Part shown: positions 25,288 through 37,981 of the stretch, piece after piece
Layout: each line of letters starts with the position of its first letter
Position numbering within the stretch: the first letter of the stretch is position 1
DNA from: Paraspadella gotoi
Taxonomy: Eukaryota; Animalia; Chaetognatha
DNA length: 64,000 nt
NCBI GenBank assembly: GCA_051294375.1
Contig: CM119271.1
Coordinates: 3,503,061 to 3,567,060 of the forward strand
Direction: 5' to 3'
Made by a program: the position numbers and the translations under genes
The notes under the pieces: generated by a model
Seen by the model: the letters and a program-made list of their open reading frames with translations, nothing else
The model's database searches: none
Told to the model about the DNA's origin: nothing

Positions 25288-25747
25288 TCAGTCATCATCT
25301 ACCGTAATGGTCGCTTCTCCTTGCAATACCCTTTTAAAATAGGGAATTCTCAGCAGTGTCTTACGTGGACACCGGAATACCTTGCCGCTCAGACGAAATT
25401 TAACGAGATCGCCTAGCGTACAAATCAAGTTGGTCAACCTAGGAATTTTGTAGAGTACGATTTCCCGCTTGAGTAGCTCCCATTCGGCAAAATTGTCGGG
25501 CAAAGCCAGAGCACCCGTGCGGAAAAATTGAGGACGTGTCGCAACATAACCCCGTCCTGATGGAGGAAAATTCGACCCTGACCGTCGAGGTTGTGGGTCG
25601 AAGCAGGTGGCCAAGTATTTCTCCCAGCAATGAGCAATTTCCGATCAGGGTGCCAAGTTTCGCTGAGAAAATTGTCCCGCCAACATTGAGAGAAACGACA
25701 GAGGATTTCAAATTATCGCTTCTTTGGTTGCGTGACGAAGTAGACAT
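25288..25747 (-). pseudogene. KCTD-type BTB/T1-domain gene with two frameshifts (copy 2); start of a second BTB-like repeat
   Basis: Joining three frames gives VSLNVGGTIFSAKLGTL...LDGQGRIFLHQDGVMLRHVLNF-FRTGALALPDNFAEWELLKREIVLYKIPRL, then VKFRLSGKVFRCPRKTLLRIPYFKRVL. Confidence 0.75.
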
Positions 25748-26253
25748 TAAGGCTTAATTTAAGCTTAGCCTCATGGAATGGCTAACACAAAGACTGAAAA
25801 TCGCAATAGACAATTGATAAAAATCTAAAAATTCAATAATAACGCCTCATAATTCCTTTTTAAATTGATCACAGATTGACTGTCCTCAGAATTACTAATC
25901 ACAAATTGCTTTAAGCTAAGATAATTTGATATGAATATTTATAGCCTGAACTATAAAACTATATAGCGTTATTAATTCTCACGCTAACTAGTACTATATA
26001 ATGTAAATTTTGCATAAATAAACAGTTAAATCGAAATATTTCTCAATTCGCGTTTAAATACGTTCTGCAATAACTGGATAAAATAATCTTCTGACTTCAT
26101 TTGCCAAACCTCAAAAATAAAATTGATTAAAGCATGGGTATCAAATATTTAACGAAAACTACAGCATTGTAACTTGATAGACAACACAGTTCATTAAAAA
26201 AAAATAATATAAAAAACCGGTCTGTGGACATACACACCCTTCAAAACCAAAAC

Positions 26254-26622
26254 TTATTTCATCCTTATAATTAGAGAATTAAAATTTCGTTGCATCCTAT
26301 TTCTGCAGTAGGATTTGAGCCCCGAGTTTTTACCGCTATCAGTGCAAAGGGCTCCGCGTTCGGACATTTGCTGCATGTTGGGCATCGACTCCCAAAACAA
26401 ATCGAACGCATTAACGAAGAACACGGCGCTGTGGGCGTTTTTCGTCGACTTGACGGGGCAATGGACGGCGGCGATCTTCGCCATGTCGTAAAGCGCTGAG
26501 TTGAGCAGCTTGAATATCGGAGAGTCTCGGTCTGTGAAACTCGAATCGTCCGTGATATTTTTTAAGGCTTGCACTTTGGCATTTTGGGATAGGAATTCCC
26601 CAAGGTTCCAGTCACTAGCCAT
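26254..26622 (-). CDS. 122-aa protein of unknown function, homologous to the C-terminal domain of the neighbouring 27045-28302 gene
   Basis: ATG preceded by a ttaacag acceptor. FKLLNSALYDMAKIAA..P aligns with YKLFTSALYDVAKAGA..P; LKSYCRNRMQRNF aligns with LKSFVRNTMQKTY. Confidence 0.75.
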   Translation of the reverse strand: MASDWNLGEFLSQNAKVQALKNITDDSSFTDRDSPIFKLLNSALYDMAKIAAVHCPVKSTKNAHSAVFFVNAFDLFWESMPNMQQMSERGALCTDSGKNSGLKSYCRNRMQRNFNSLIIRMK

Positions 26623-27044
26623 CTGTTAAGGTGGGTAAAATGGGGGAGAGGAAGGGGAAGGGACATTAATGACCATACGTCCGAACGCTTTGCCCTGATC
26701 TGACTTTTGCCAAAATGGATTACTCTTTAAAAAAAAAAACGGTGATTATTTTTAAACTAACGGCTGCTGTAACGGTGTGTATCTCACGCAGACCAGTTTT
26801 TTTTTTAATCAACAAAATAAATAAATAATCTGCGTCTCGTCAAATGAATAAGATCGACGAAATTTGACCATTGGCACTCAAAATCCGAATTGCTGAAAGA
26901 AACCGTGGGTTAGGTTTGTAACAAAACCTTAATCAGTTTATGTACCAGAAAAAAAAAGGAATTAAATTTTTAGCGATTTTTTTTTCAACAAAAGCAAGCT
27001 GGGGAAATGTCATCTGCCAGGGGGGGGAGGAAACAGTAAAAACA

Positions 27045-28302
27045 TCACAAAAATTCCGACTGACTCGTTCTAGTTTCTTTTTCCAGCATTCTGTCAAGCA
27101 TCGGCCCGTAGGTCTTCTGCATAGTGTTGCGAACGAATGATTTAAGGCTGAGACTCTGAGAGCCGACCGCGAGTTTGTAACCCTCCGTCGAAAAGACCTC
27201 CAGAAAAGGTAAGGTCGTCCACAGCAAGAGAAAAATCCTCTCAAAGTGACCTCTGGCCCTCGGGTCTGACTTGTCGCTGGACGGCGAGCACAGGGCGCCG
27301 GCCTTGGCCACGTCGTAGAGCGCGCTCGTGAATAGCTTGTAATGAGGGTTCGATCTGTCCAGTATTCCGGGATCGCGCAAGCTAACTAGCATCTTGATCT
27401 TCGCGCTCTCGACCAAGTGTCTGAGGTCGTCGTCGGTGGGGTCTTCACTTACCAGTTGGCCGTCGTAGTCCTCTGGTAAGGCCAAAGAGTTGTTTGGGTC
27501 CCACTGAGCGACGGTCCCATCTGAGGTGCCGTGAGTTTTGTTCACTTCTTTCAGTAAGTCTCGCGTGGATTTGACCGGCGTTCCGTCCTCGTTCATTTCC
27601 GTCTTTACTCTAACAAACTGTTTGCCCGTCGCCGGCGAGGACGATTCCCCGGCGCCCTCGACGATGACGGCGGGCGAATTGATGGAGGACCTGGAACGAG
27701 CCTGTTTGGCGGCGCCCTGACGCATCCCCGAAGAAGCAGGTCGTTTACGAATTAACTGAGGAGGTTTCGGCGGAGAAACGGCGGCAGACGCGACGCCGTT
27801 GCCCGTCCCATTGTTCCAAGGGACGCCGCCGAGCGCGGAGGAAGAGGCGGCCATTTGGGCCGCCTGATGATAAATCGTCGGCGCGTTGGACAGAAGGTTT
27901 CCGGCGTTCAGGAAGGTGGGCTTCTCGATCAGCGCAGTGGGGTTCGTCTCGTCTAGTTCGTACTGGACGTCGTTGGGAAGAGTGATGAGACCCTCGTTCA
28001 TGAAGGAATCGCACAGGTGCTGCTTGCCAGCGAATCGGCGACCCTCTCCGGTTTCGACGAGAAGGAAGATGTTGGCATCTGTAAACGAGAATCGTATTGA
28101 GAATTGTTAAAGATTACACGAGTTGATGTGTAATTTCCTATATGAGTAAAGAACGCGTAATTGTCACAATGAATTAATTACCCGTTAATGCAGCCATCTT
28201 CATCGCGGCTTCCATGAGAATTTTGGAAAAAGAAGCCTCCATCATTTGTAGTCTGTTTACGACATTTATTATGTCTTCGTTCGAAGACATCATTGTCTCC
28301 AT
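27045..28302 (-). CDS. ~384-aa putative nuclear protein with a degenerate MADS-box-like N-terminus, low-complexity middle and unknown C-terminal domain; exons 28302-28182 and 28078-27045
   Basis: A phase-1 GT-AG intron joins METMMSS...SFSKILMEAAMKMAALT to DANIFLLVETGEGRRFAGKQHL and the 318-aa ORF. Basic patch IRKRP. Confidence 0.8.
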
Positions 28303-29655
28303 CGATCTTTTTATAACTGTGAAAAATTACAGGGAAAATATGAGCAATTATAATTAAATTGAACGAAGATATTGCTAAACTAGTAATCGGTAAGTTATCT
28401 TATTCAATAAGTAAATTTGAGGTAGTTTTTAAATTCAAAATCAATACAAGTCACTACAAAATCGAAGCTAAAAAACCTTTGCAACCACCCTTACAATTCG
28501 CGTGCTATTTTGTTTCAAAACTTATTTACTGTAATAATTTCTATTTAATGTCCTCGCGTAGCGAGCGATGAACGGACACACTACCAATTAAAAACCCAGT
28601 AAAAGTATTCATGGACTCTTTTCAAATACCTCATGATTTAAGCCAAAAAACGATTACCTGATATGAAATATGATTAAAATTCGACCAGAAGTTAAAAATC
28701 TTCCGGGTGATGATGCTAATTACGTCTATTTTCAAATACGACGAAGTACAACGAACGTTGATTGAGATTTGAGAGTGGCAAAGATTTGCTGCGTCTCTTG
28801 CTGTTTCTGTTCAACGGGAGGGCGACGACGATGATGAGGAGGAAGAAGGGAGCAGCTTTTTGCTGCCAGCGACGTTAACGGCAGAGAGCGAGAGAGAGAG
28901 AGTCAGATAGAGAGAGATTCCTTATTCTTATCCGAATCTAGTAGAGAGAGAGAGAGAGCGAGAGATAGAGAGGAAAGCAGCATCCAACGAAGTTGCAGCA
29001 TGCGTGGCGGCGAAAAGAGAGGGAGGAGAGAGAAACCCGCCACACACACAAACACGAAAACCTCTCGCACTCTCGCACGCAGGCACACAGAAAGGAAAAA
29101 AAAAGCCTGCGTTGTGGTTGAGTTTGTGTGTGTGTGTGTGGGTTGCAGCATGCGCGGCAACGAACAGCAACTTGCTGAGTCGCTGCCGCGGCGGTTGCTG
29201 CGGCGGTTGCTGCCGATGTTAGAAAGAAGCAAAGAGAAGAGGATGTTGTATCGTGCTTCTGCGTTCTGCAGCAGATCCGCGGTCGCGTCGGGGGCTGCAG
29301 CTGTTCTTTCCCATACTGACTAAATCTAATATTAATTGATTCGTAAGTTATTTTTGATGATTACACGACAGAGATGAAAAACATTGATAATTTAATTCTT
29401 GAATAGGTGAAATATAACTTTACATCGAAAGGTTTTTTGTAGAATGGTCATTATGATTATTTTTCTAAAGTTGAACCATTCGCGCGGGAATAAGAGGTTT
29501 TCAAACTAAATGTTTTTAGAATATTTTTAATTATTATTATTAATTATTAAATAAGTAAAATTACTTGATATACTATTATTTGTCAATTTTTTTTTCAATC
29601 GATTGCCATAATTATTTACATTATTTTTATTATTATTTTTATACGTATTCTTTTA

Positions 29656-30604
29656 CTATTCTCGGGCATTGAAGTTCAACAAACACGCTGGTATATAGAA
29701 TATCGAGCACAAGAGGCTACATAAAAACGAAATCAAATATCTTGCCGTCCACGAATCCGTGTTCGTGCGGTGAAAATTGTCACTACTGTTAAATTCCCCT
29801 CGAAAATATTCCTTCCACCAAATCCCCCCGGCAACAACTCCGCTGCCGTTCGTTAGCACTGTCTAAAATTAGAATTCAATTAGCCGCACGTCATTATGAT
29901 CAAAATTTTATTTTAGGGCTAGAATTCTTACTATGATAATATTCATGAATTGGTAAAACAACTGATTTTTTGCTTTATTCAGCTCTATAAATAATAGTGT
30001 AGAGTAGTAGTCAAGGCTATTGCCTCTTTTTTTTTAACCAAACGAATGGTACCTTATACTGCGTCCAAGACATCGGCACTTTCTGTCCGTAAGGTTTGTT
30101 CGACCACCAGATGGATGCAAATATTGCCGCAGATACGAAAGACACCAATGAACAGAAGCACAACAATCCACAGAGTACTATCAGGGCAGGCCAGTCGGGC
30201 TGATCTACTCGCCATAGCATTTTTATCGCCACTAGTCCAGACAAAAAGACAAGAATCATAAGACAAACATACACTTTCCACTCGACCCACCTACTGAATA
30301 TCAGAAAAAAAATTTATATGAAATATTTTAATTCATTTATACGTTCAAATGTTCCGTAATTGACCTTTGGGGGTGATGCACATAGACCGTGGTCGAGTTA
30401 GAGAACGGGCAGGGAAATACCCAGAAGGCTTCCGAAAATATCATCGAAAGCACGGTGAGTATCAGAGCCGCCCATAGAAATCCTAAATAAAACGAGGATT
30501 ACAAAGGGTGTGGATCTCTCAAAATTGATGAATGGCGAGTGCAAAAGGTATATATTTATCGATCCTACCTGCGCACCTTTGCCCATTTTCGAGTGTCGTC
30601 GCAT
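29656..30604 (-). CDS. Four-TM membrane protein (claudin/PMP22-like topology), about 4 exons; start uncertain
   Basis: Spliced hydrophobic segments FLWAALILTVLSMIFSEAFWVF, VYVCLMILVFLSGLVAIKML, ALIVLCGLLCFCSLVSFVSAAIFASIWW and YLISFLCSLLCSIFYIPACLL. The first donor is weak. Confidence 0.6.
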
Positions 30605-31841
30605 CCTGGCGGTGTAGTTTTCATCGGACCTCGAAGCTGGGATGGCGTTGTTGAGGTCGTTGGACACTGATGAGCCTTCTGCATTATTGTTCCAACATCT
30701 TGACCATCGGTTCACCGCCGCCAATTCGATTTTATATTCGCTTGAAAAATGAAATGTACAATTACAATAAGCGAATTTTTACGACAAAGAGGTCCTATGG
30801 CCAATGGCCATCATCTGATCTCTGGGTATATACAATATAAGTTACAAAACTAAAGTATATCATCTATGAATCCTAATTATAATTTGATAGTTATAACAAT
30901 TTATATAATATAAATAAAAAGATAATTATGACCGACGAGATTATGATAAATGAAATAAAGTCACCTCATTGTTCCGAGCCCAACGCTTTTTCACAAGTAG
31001 CGTCGGCAGAATTGAATGAAGTTTTGAAGTGTATAGTCGTGCTGAACGGTTAGAATGTGATTTTACTAACTTGTAAGTAAGGTTATTTCGATCTAACACA
31101 ATTTGAAGCTTTGTAAGTTGTTCCTTGCCTTGGTCTTGGAAGTAAATAAAAGATGAATTATAGAAACGTGGATCTTTGTTTCTGCATCTATTTCTCTCGT
31201 ATGTATCATATATTATAAAATATATTTTTATTGTTTCTTTTTTCTTCGCTCTGTTCTATTTTCTCATTCCTCTTCCTGGGCTATTTTTCCACTCAATTTC
31301 TCTTTCAGCCACTAATAATATTGTCGGCAATAGTCATTGCAGAAAGTCTTTTGCACCATTTAATCGACCGTGAACAAAATTGCATCCCGAGGTGACTTAT
31401 CATGGGCCTTTCCCAGTATTACTCTGTTTTTCTTTTGTTTTCTCGTATCGGTTCTTACCCATCGGACAACACAGTCCTCGTTTGATTTTCTGACTTTTTG
31501 CCAATTTTTAAAGAAAATTGGACGAAATGTTTCACAAAATATATCGTACAAAGTTCTAATGATAAATATTATCGAAAAAAAAACAAACAAAACGAGTGAA
31601 AAAAGTACAAAGAATTCAAAAATACAATGTGTGATTTATTATATATATATATATATATATATATTTAATATATTACAATAGGATAGCTGTATGAATAATA
31701 GTAGAGAGAGAGAAGGCGGGAACGGAAACGTTTGGACCCGGGTCAATTGAGATCTCAACAATGACAAGGTTGGTCGGAGCGGTTGTTGTTATCGACGTCT
31801 TGTATAATTGTGAGGCCGTCTTGAGATTGTTGAAGCGGTTA

Positions 31842-31979
31842 GTGAAGATCCTGTGTAATGAGTATTATTATCATATGAAGGCTAACAATTAGTCGAAATA
31901 TGTCATAATATGTTAATGAAGATCCTGAGTAATGAGTATTATTATTGTATGAAAGCTAACAATTAGTCGAAATATGTCC
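31842..31979. repeat. Two-copy ~73-bp direct repeat
   Basis: tgaagatcctg.gtaatgagtatt...gctaacaattagtcgaaatatgtc occurs twice. Confidence 0.75.
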
Positions 31980-32345
31980 GTTTTCATTTTGTTGTCAACC
32001 CTTAAAATGTTATTACTTCGTCTCTTAATCGAAATCAACGAATTGGAAAAAAAATACAATATTATTATAATAAAAAAATAAATTCACCTAACGAATTCTT
32101 TAGAAATTCCATTGTACTCCATTTGTATTGTTTAGTTTACAAATTTAAACAAATTATCGCTCTCTTCATTTTAAAATTTAAAATTTTTGATCTATTACCA
32201 TTTTTTTTTTGAAAAGTTACTTTCAAGATCTTGACTTGCATTTTGAACGTCGTACTTTAACTGTACTTTATTTATATCTTTAAACTTTTTTAGTCGTCTA
32301 CAAAGATTACCTATCTAATCATAAATGACCTTAATCTAAAAAACG

Positions 32346-32460
32346 AATAATTTGGTCAACTTACATAATTTGGTAAACTTGCATAATTTGGTCAAGTGGC
32401 ATAATATGTTTAACTTGTTTAACTTGCATAATTTGGTTAATTTGAATAATTTGATCAATT
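32346..32460. repeat. 18-bp minisatellite, about 6 degenerate units
   Basis: ataatttggtcaacttgc-like unit repeated. Confidence 0.75.
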
Positions 32461-33112
32461 TGTGGATTATAGAGTCGGGATCTGCAGATCCGACTAAAAA
32501 TGAAATCTAAACAATGTTAAGACCAACAATCATATGCATATTATGCACTCTAAAATGAAACTATACATTGGCTCGGAAAATCGACTTGAGATAGATCACC
32601 TCAAATTTAAAGCAACAGGTGCTTTCAAGCGTCTTGTCGATATCTGATACAAAGACACAGATAACGAACGCAGAACATTTCAGGTGACGATTAAAAATCA
32701 ATTTCAATAAAGTTCCAGACGACAAATATTCGTAAACATTTTTTTTACTTCTGGCATAACCTGATTTTACAAGAAGACCAGTTTAACCAGTAGTACTTGT
32801 GGAAGAAAGCTCAGTAACGACCTTCCTGATCGACATATGAAGAAATCCTTACAATTTTCTACATTGAGTTTAAAAAGAAAAATCAATGGAATCTGTCGGG
32901 GTCGCGTCCATGTCACGGGTAAGTTCGACGGTTGACCTCAGTTTACTGAAGAAGAAAACAGTTTACATTCTACACAGAATCGAAAATTAATTCGTACTTG
33001 GAGGAAAGCAACCCGCTAGTCAATTAAATTTTAATTTAAATTTTTTTTTAAAATTTAGAAGTATAGAGATGAAACGAAAAATTCGTTGTAATAGCAATTT
33101 TTTATTTTTATT

Positions 33113-33158
33113 AATGTACATGTTTCGACTCTTAGTGTTACGAGTCTTCATCAGCAAA
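33113..33158 (-). ncRNA. Minimal hammerhead-ribozyme-like motif (Penelope-type remnant)
   Basis: Minus strand CTGATGA-a-GACTC-gtaacactaa-GAGTC-GAAA-CATGTA; stem I is weak. Confidence 0.5.
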
Positions 33159-33196
33159 TGAATTCAATAGACCAAAATTTTTTTAAACATTAGTTT

Positions 33197-33231
<35 letters not shown>

Positions 33232-33323
33232 TTTCCAACAAAGAATTGAGCAAGGATAGTGGTCAGATGTGAGGACAGGTGAAAGTAGGGAAAGAGAGAG
33301 CAAATGATTTTTGAAATTGGTGA

Positions 33324-33330
<7 letters not shown>

Positions 33331-33413
<83 letters not shown>
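33331..33413. repeat. (GA)n microsatellite
   Basis: Pure GA run. Confidence 0.95.
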
Positions 33414-33417
<4 letters not shown>

Positions 33418-33528
33418 AGGGATCAATACATTAGGCAATGTACAACAGTGAAAAATTTTAGAAAAAACTAAATATTTAACAAAAGTAATAATAATTAGAA
33501 GTAATAATCTTGTCGCCAGGTGGGCACA

Positions 33529-36500
33529 ATGGGGCAGGTCCAGAAGTCTAACCACGGAAAACGAGGCAGCACCATTCAAGTTGTCGGCGAGCGTGAGGAA
33601 ATGAAAACGAAAATTATTCGTCTTTGCGACGACGATGATCACGGTGAAGCTTTATTTTTTATTTTTTTTTTTTAAGATTCAGTTTAATAATTTTTAATAT
33701 AAATATATATGTAGGTAATAAGTTACGAGAATTAACGTTACGTGGAATATCGGCGATAGACATATCGACAAACGGAATTCGTTTATCAAAATCGAACGGA
33801 GATGGCACTTTAGAAAAAGACGAAGACCAAGGCGGAAGTCGGAAGTATGTCTCTTACTAAGAATGTTTATAGTCTTTCTTCGAGTGAATGAGCGAAATTA
33901 AATATTTGTTATATTTTTCTTTCCAGAAAAAAAAATTGTTATGATGTAGGAGAGAAATGTTAATTAACTGTGATAATGATTTAACAGTTACGCCTAAGAG
34001 ATCGAAAAAATCGTAATAATAATAAATTTAAAGCATCCTTCTATGAAATTGGTACTACCAATATAAAAATTACCCATTCATTTAATAAATAAGCTATCTT
34101 GCCCGTGACTTTGGACAGGCTTTGGTGGTTTAAGGCCTCCATCACTCTTACAAGATAATGACATAGCAGGTCCCTGCAAGCTGTATGTAGCTCTACAAGT
34201 CACCCTGTCAGTAAATTATAACAAAAGGTTAGGATTGTAAAAGCTCATCTGATAACAACAACAACGACGACAACGACCAAATCGTGCCAATAACGAATCA
34301 AAGACTTGACCGTTAAGTGGGTCAATCTATTTGAGCCACTAAACCAATACAATCGTTTTCTTTACCTTTTTTTAGTTTTGACCGTGAATTGTTTTACCAT
34401 TGTTTTGACTTTTATTCTCTGTTTTTGCTCATGATTTTCGAATCATTATATCTTGATAAAAAATACGGAAAACTAATAATGTCGCCAAGTTAGTCGCCTC
34501 AGGATATAATTAATAATTAATTAATTAATTAATTAATTAATAAGTATTAATTATTAGGGAGATACATTTTGAATTAATTTAGATCATCGGATGACGAGGA
34601 CTTAGACTTTTCCGCCAGAGAGACTTTGAAACAAAAGGCCAAAGAACTCGGCGTCGCGATGGAATCTTTGGTGAGCAGTTTTTCATAAATTCATCATTTT
34701 GGGGTTTAATTAATAGTGTCTTCTCTCTCTCTCTCTCTCTCTCCAGCAATTCGCTCGCTCTCTCGACGCAGAAGACTCTCTCGCTCATATGCGCCAAGAA
34801 TTTTGCATTCCTAAAATTCAGACTCTTGGCAAAGGTAAATGAACCGGTTAATTCTATTCAATGCTATTGTATTGCTATTGCTATTGCTATTTATATAAGG
34901 TGATAATTGAATTAGCTTGCATTGTAAGCAACCTCCGTCTGATTCTCTTTTATATCTTTTAATTTTCTTACTCATCTTCGATATTTGTCTCTTTTTAAAA
35001 ATTTTACTTCACTCTCTTTCTCTCTCCGACTCTCATTCCTAACTTACTCCATCCCATAAGCCGACACCAGCCAGCCCGACGTGGACCCCGAGGCCGACTG
35101 CGTCTACTTCTGCGGAAACTCCCTCGGCCTCCCTCCACGCGCTGCTGCGGCGAAGGTCGCGAAAGAGATGGCGCGGTGGGCGGAAAAGGGCGTGGGGGGA
35201 CACTTTACGGGTGATGTTCCGTGGGCAAAGTGCGACGAGGTGGCGAGAGCAAAGATGGCGGCCATCGTGGGAGCGAAAGAGAGCGAGGTAGGATTTCGCC
35301 TTGGGTGTCACGCGTGACGAAAAAGTGAAACGTTATCCCACGAAATCAGAAATTCCCCCAAGGGATCTTTGCATCAACAAATAAAGCTCGTTGACTTTTT
35401 GTGGCTCGTATTTGTTTTTTCTCTTAGCATTCCGATTTTCCACAAATTTTCTCGCTCCATTGCCGACCATTGGCGACCAAATTAAAATGCAGAGGCCCTT
35501 TTCTCCATATAAAAGCAAATATATAAGTAATACATTTACATTTACAATTACAATTCGATGAAAAAAAGGAAAAGTCGAAATGAAATTTTTTTTTATAATC
35601 GTGGTAGTTTTTTTTTTTAAATTTACGAAGTATATTTTTTTAAGTAGAATTATTTAATCGACCTTTGGAACAGAAAATATTGCCAAATATACATAAATTT
35701 ACATACAAGAACTTCAAAAACTTTTCCCACTCGCCCAGGTGGCCATCATGAACGGACTCACCATCAACCTCCACTTGGCGCTCGTCGCCTTTTATCGTCC
35801 CACCACGACGAGGTTCAAGATTCTCTACGAGGATCAGGCTTTTCCCTCGGATCATTACGCCTTTTTAAGTCAGGTGCCGAATACCCGAGAGTAGCTATTC
35901 AGCTTGCGGTGAGATTGCGAATAGGTAATGTTCTCGGGTCGGTCGACTCTTCGATTATATTGTTTTCGTCATTAATAAATCATTTTTATAGCGTGAATTT
36001 TCTTTTTATCAGGTGAAACTGAAAGGTTTCAATCCGGACGACGCTTTGTTGGCGATGAAACCGCGAGAGGGCGAAGAGACTTTGAGGAAGGAAGACATTT
36101 TGAAGGTGACAAAAGGGCATTCGCCATTTATTGTTTGGTTTCACTCAAATTTTAGTAATAAAAAAAAATGAGAAGTTGTCTGATTGAGGTCAAAATCAAT
36201 AATCATTATTAATCATTATTACTATTATTAATCAAGCCAGAAGGCGAAGGAAAAAAAAGGACAAAGAATTTTCCCTCACCATCACCGGGACCACGCCCTC
36301 TTTTCCTCAGGTCATCTCGGAAGAGGGACCCACCATCGCCCTCATATGCTTCCCCGGCGTTCAGTACTACACGGGTCAACTGTTCGATATGGCGACAATC
36401 ACTCGCGCGGGTCACGACGCCGGCTGCATCGTCGGCTGGGATCTCGCTCACGCCGTTGGCAACGTCGAGTTGAGGCTGCACGAGTGGGTCGTGGATTTCG

Positions 36501-37981
36501 CAGTTTGGTGCTCGTACAAGGTTAGACAATCAATCAAACAATTAATCAATCAGTCATTCAAATTTCAATCCATGAATAATTCTTTCAGTCAATCATTGTC
36601 AATCAATGATTCTGTTTCTTCCATTAATTCTTTAGTACAGTACAATGGGAATCAGTCAATTAGTGAGTCAATCAAACATCCTTTCAAACAATCATCCCAA
36701 TTCTAAATCTTTCCTTTCAGTATCTCAACTCGGGAGCCGGAGCGTTGGCTGGATTCTTCGTTCACGATTCCATCGAAACTCAGAATTTGGACAAACTTCT
36801 CGGTTGGTGGAGCCACAAGTTGGACACCAGGTTTGAGGTTCGTTTTGCGTCCGTTCTTTATCGACGGCGTATTTACGAGTTCGTTAGTGATCTTTTGTTA
36901 AAGCAACGAGGATTGAGAACCCCCCTATCATTTCCGAAGTTCGTTTTTCATTTTCTACGCCAGATGAACAACGTGCTTCACGAGTCTCCCGGTGCCGACG
37001 CGTTCCGCATCTCGAATCCTTCGGTCTTTGCCGTTTGTCCCGTCATCGCCAGCATGGAGGTTCGGCGGCTTTCGATGACACATGACGATGACACATATAT
37101 ATGCGACAGTCTTGATGACAATTTATGAATAAATAATATAAATAATTTATCAATAAATCAATTAAAGAATCAAACACGTGTTTTAAAATCTTTTAACAAA
37201 ACAATCAAATTGATTGGTCAAGTAATATTTTAAAAATCTCGTAATCAATCAATCGCGATTTCAAAAATCAATTAAGCAATCGATCACTAAATCAATCATT
37301 CAAATCAAACAATGATACAATCAGTTAAACAACCTATTCAATCTCTAGTTCAATCCGGAGCGAAAATCTTCTTCCCCCCCCGCGCCCCTTTCAGGTTTTC
37401 TCCAAGACCTCGATCCGCGCTCTGCGCCGAAAGTCATTGCTTCTGACGGCCTACTTAGAGTTGCTCCTTGACGAGCACCTCTCGTCCGAGTGCTGGATCA
37501 TCACCCCGCGCGATCCTCGACAACGCGGGGCCCAACTCTCCGTCCAGTTTCGCCGCCCCATTAAGAGGGTGCACGAAAGGATAACTGCCATGGGAGTTGT
37601 TGTAAGAATTTTTAGTCTTTTGGAAGTCGCTCTATGTCTATATTAAGATATTCGCTTCGGAGAATTTGTGATAAGAACTAAAATAGTAATAAGATGACTG
37701 GTATGCAAATGATATTTGAAACGAGGCTTGTCGAAAACAAATGAACAATGCACGTTTGTTTTCCAACTATTTCCTCTTCTCCCTCTTTTTTTTTTTTTTT
37801 TCTCCCCCTCTTCATCCTCCTCCGCTAGTGCGACTTCCGAGAACCGGCCGTGATCCGACTCGCGCCGGTGCCGCTCTACAACTCCTTCGTCGACGTCGCC
37901 AGATTCGTAGAGATTCTTCGTCGAAGCCTCGACGACTTGAAGGAAGCGGACATCAACGAAGCCAAAAGCGGCAATCGCTAA
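33529..37981 (+). CDS. KYNU: Kynureninase (PLP-dependent), multi-exon, with apparent N-terminal extension
   Basis: Spliced [89 protein letters not shown]|[47 protein letters not shown]; TAA at 37979-37981. The 5'-most exons are less certain. Confidence 0.95.
34043..34182 (-). repeat. ~140-bp dispersed repeat (other copies 38271-38375 diverged, 43293-43398, about 45340-45400 partial, 58297-58435)
   Basis: Shared gatggaggccttaaaccaccaaagcctgtccaaagtcaggggcaagatagcttatttattaaatgaatggataa...ttggttgtaccaatttcat. Confidence 0.85.

Larger units (their letters stand above)
22666..26350. repeat. Gap-riddled second copy of block 19596-22565 (PACSIN exon 1, promoter region, KCTD-like sequence)
   Basis: ttattagggagcagctttatatatat begins both copies and they are colinear through ...ccgctatcagtgcaaagg. 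Bounded and interrupted by N runs. Confidence 0.9.

Noticed and set aside
19596-26350. Real duplication of PACSIN exon 1 and the KCTD-like gene
   Set aside because: Near-identical copies separated and interrupted by N gaps; likely assembly redundancy.
32560-33000. Possible LINE/RTE reverse-transcriptase remnant
   Set aside because: Only a faint resemblance (IDHLKFKATGAFKRL) with multiple stops; too weak to call.
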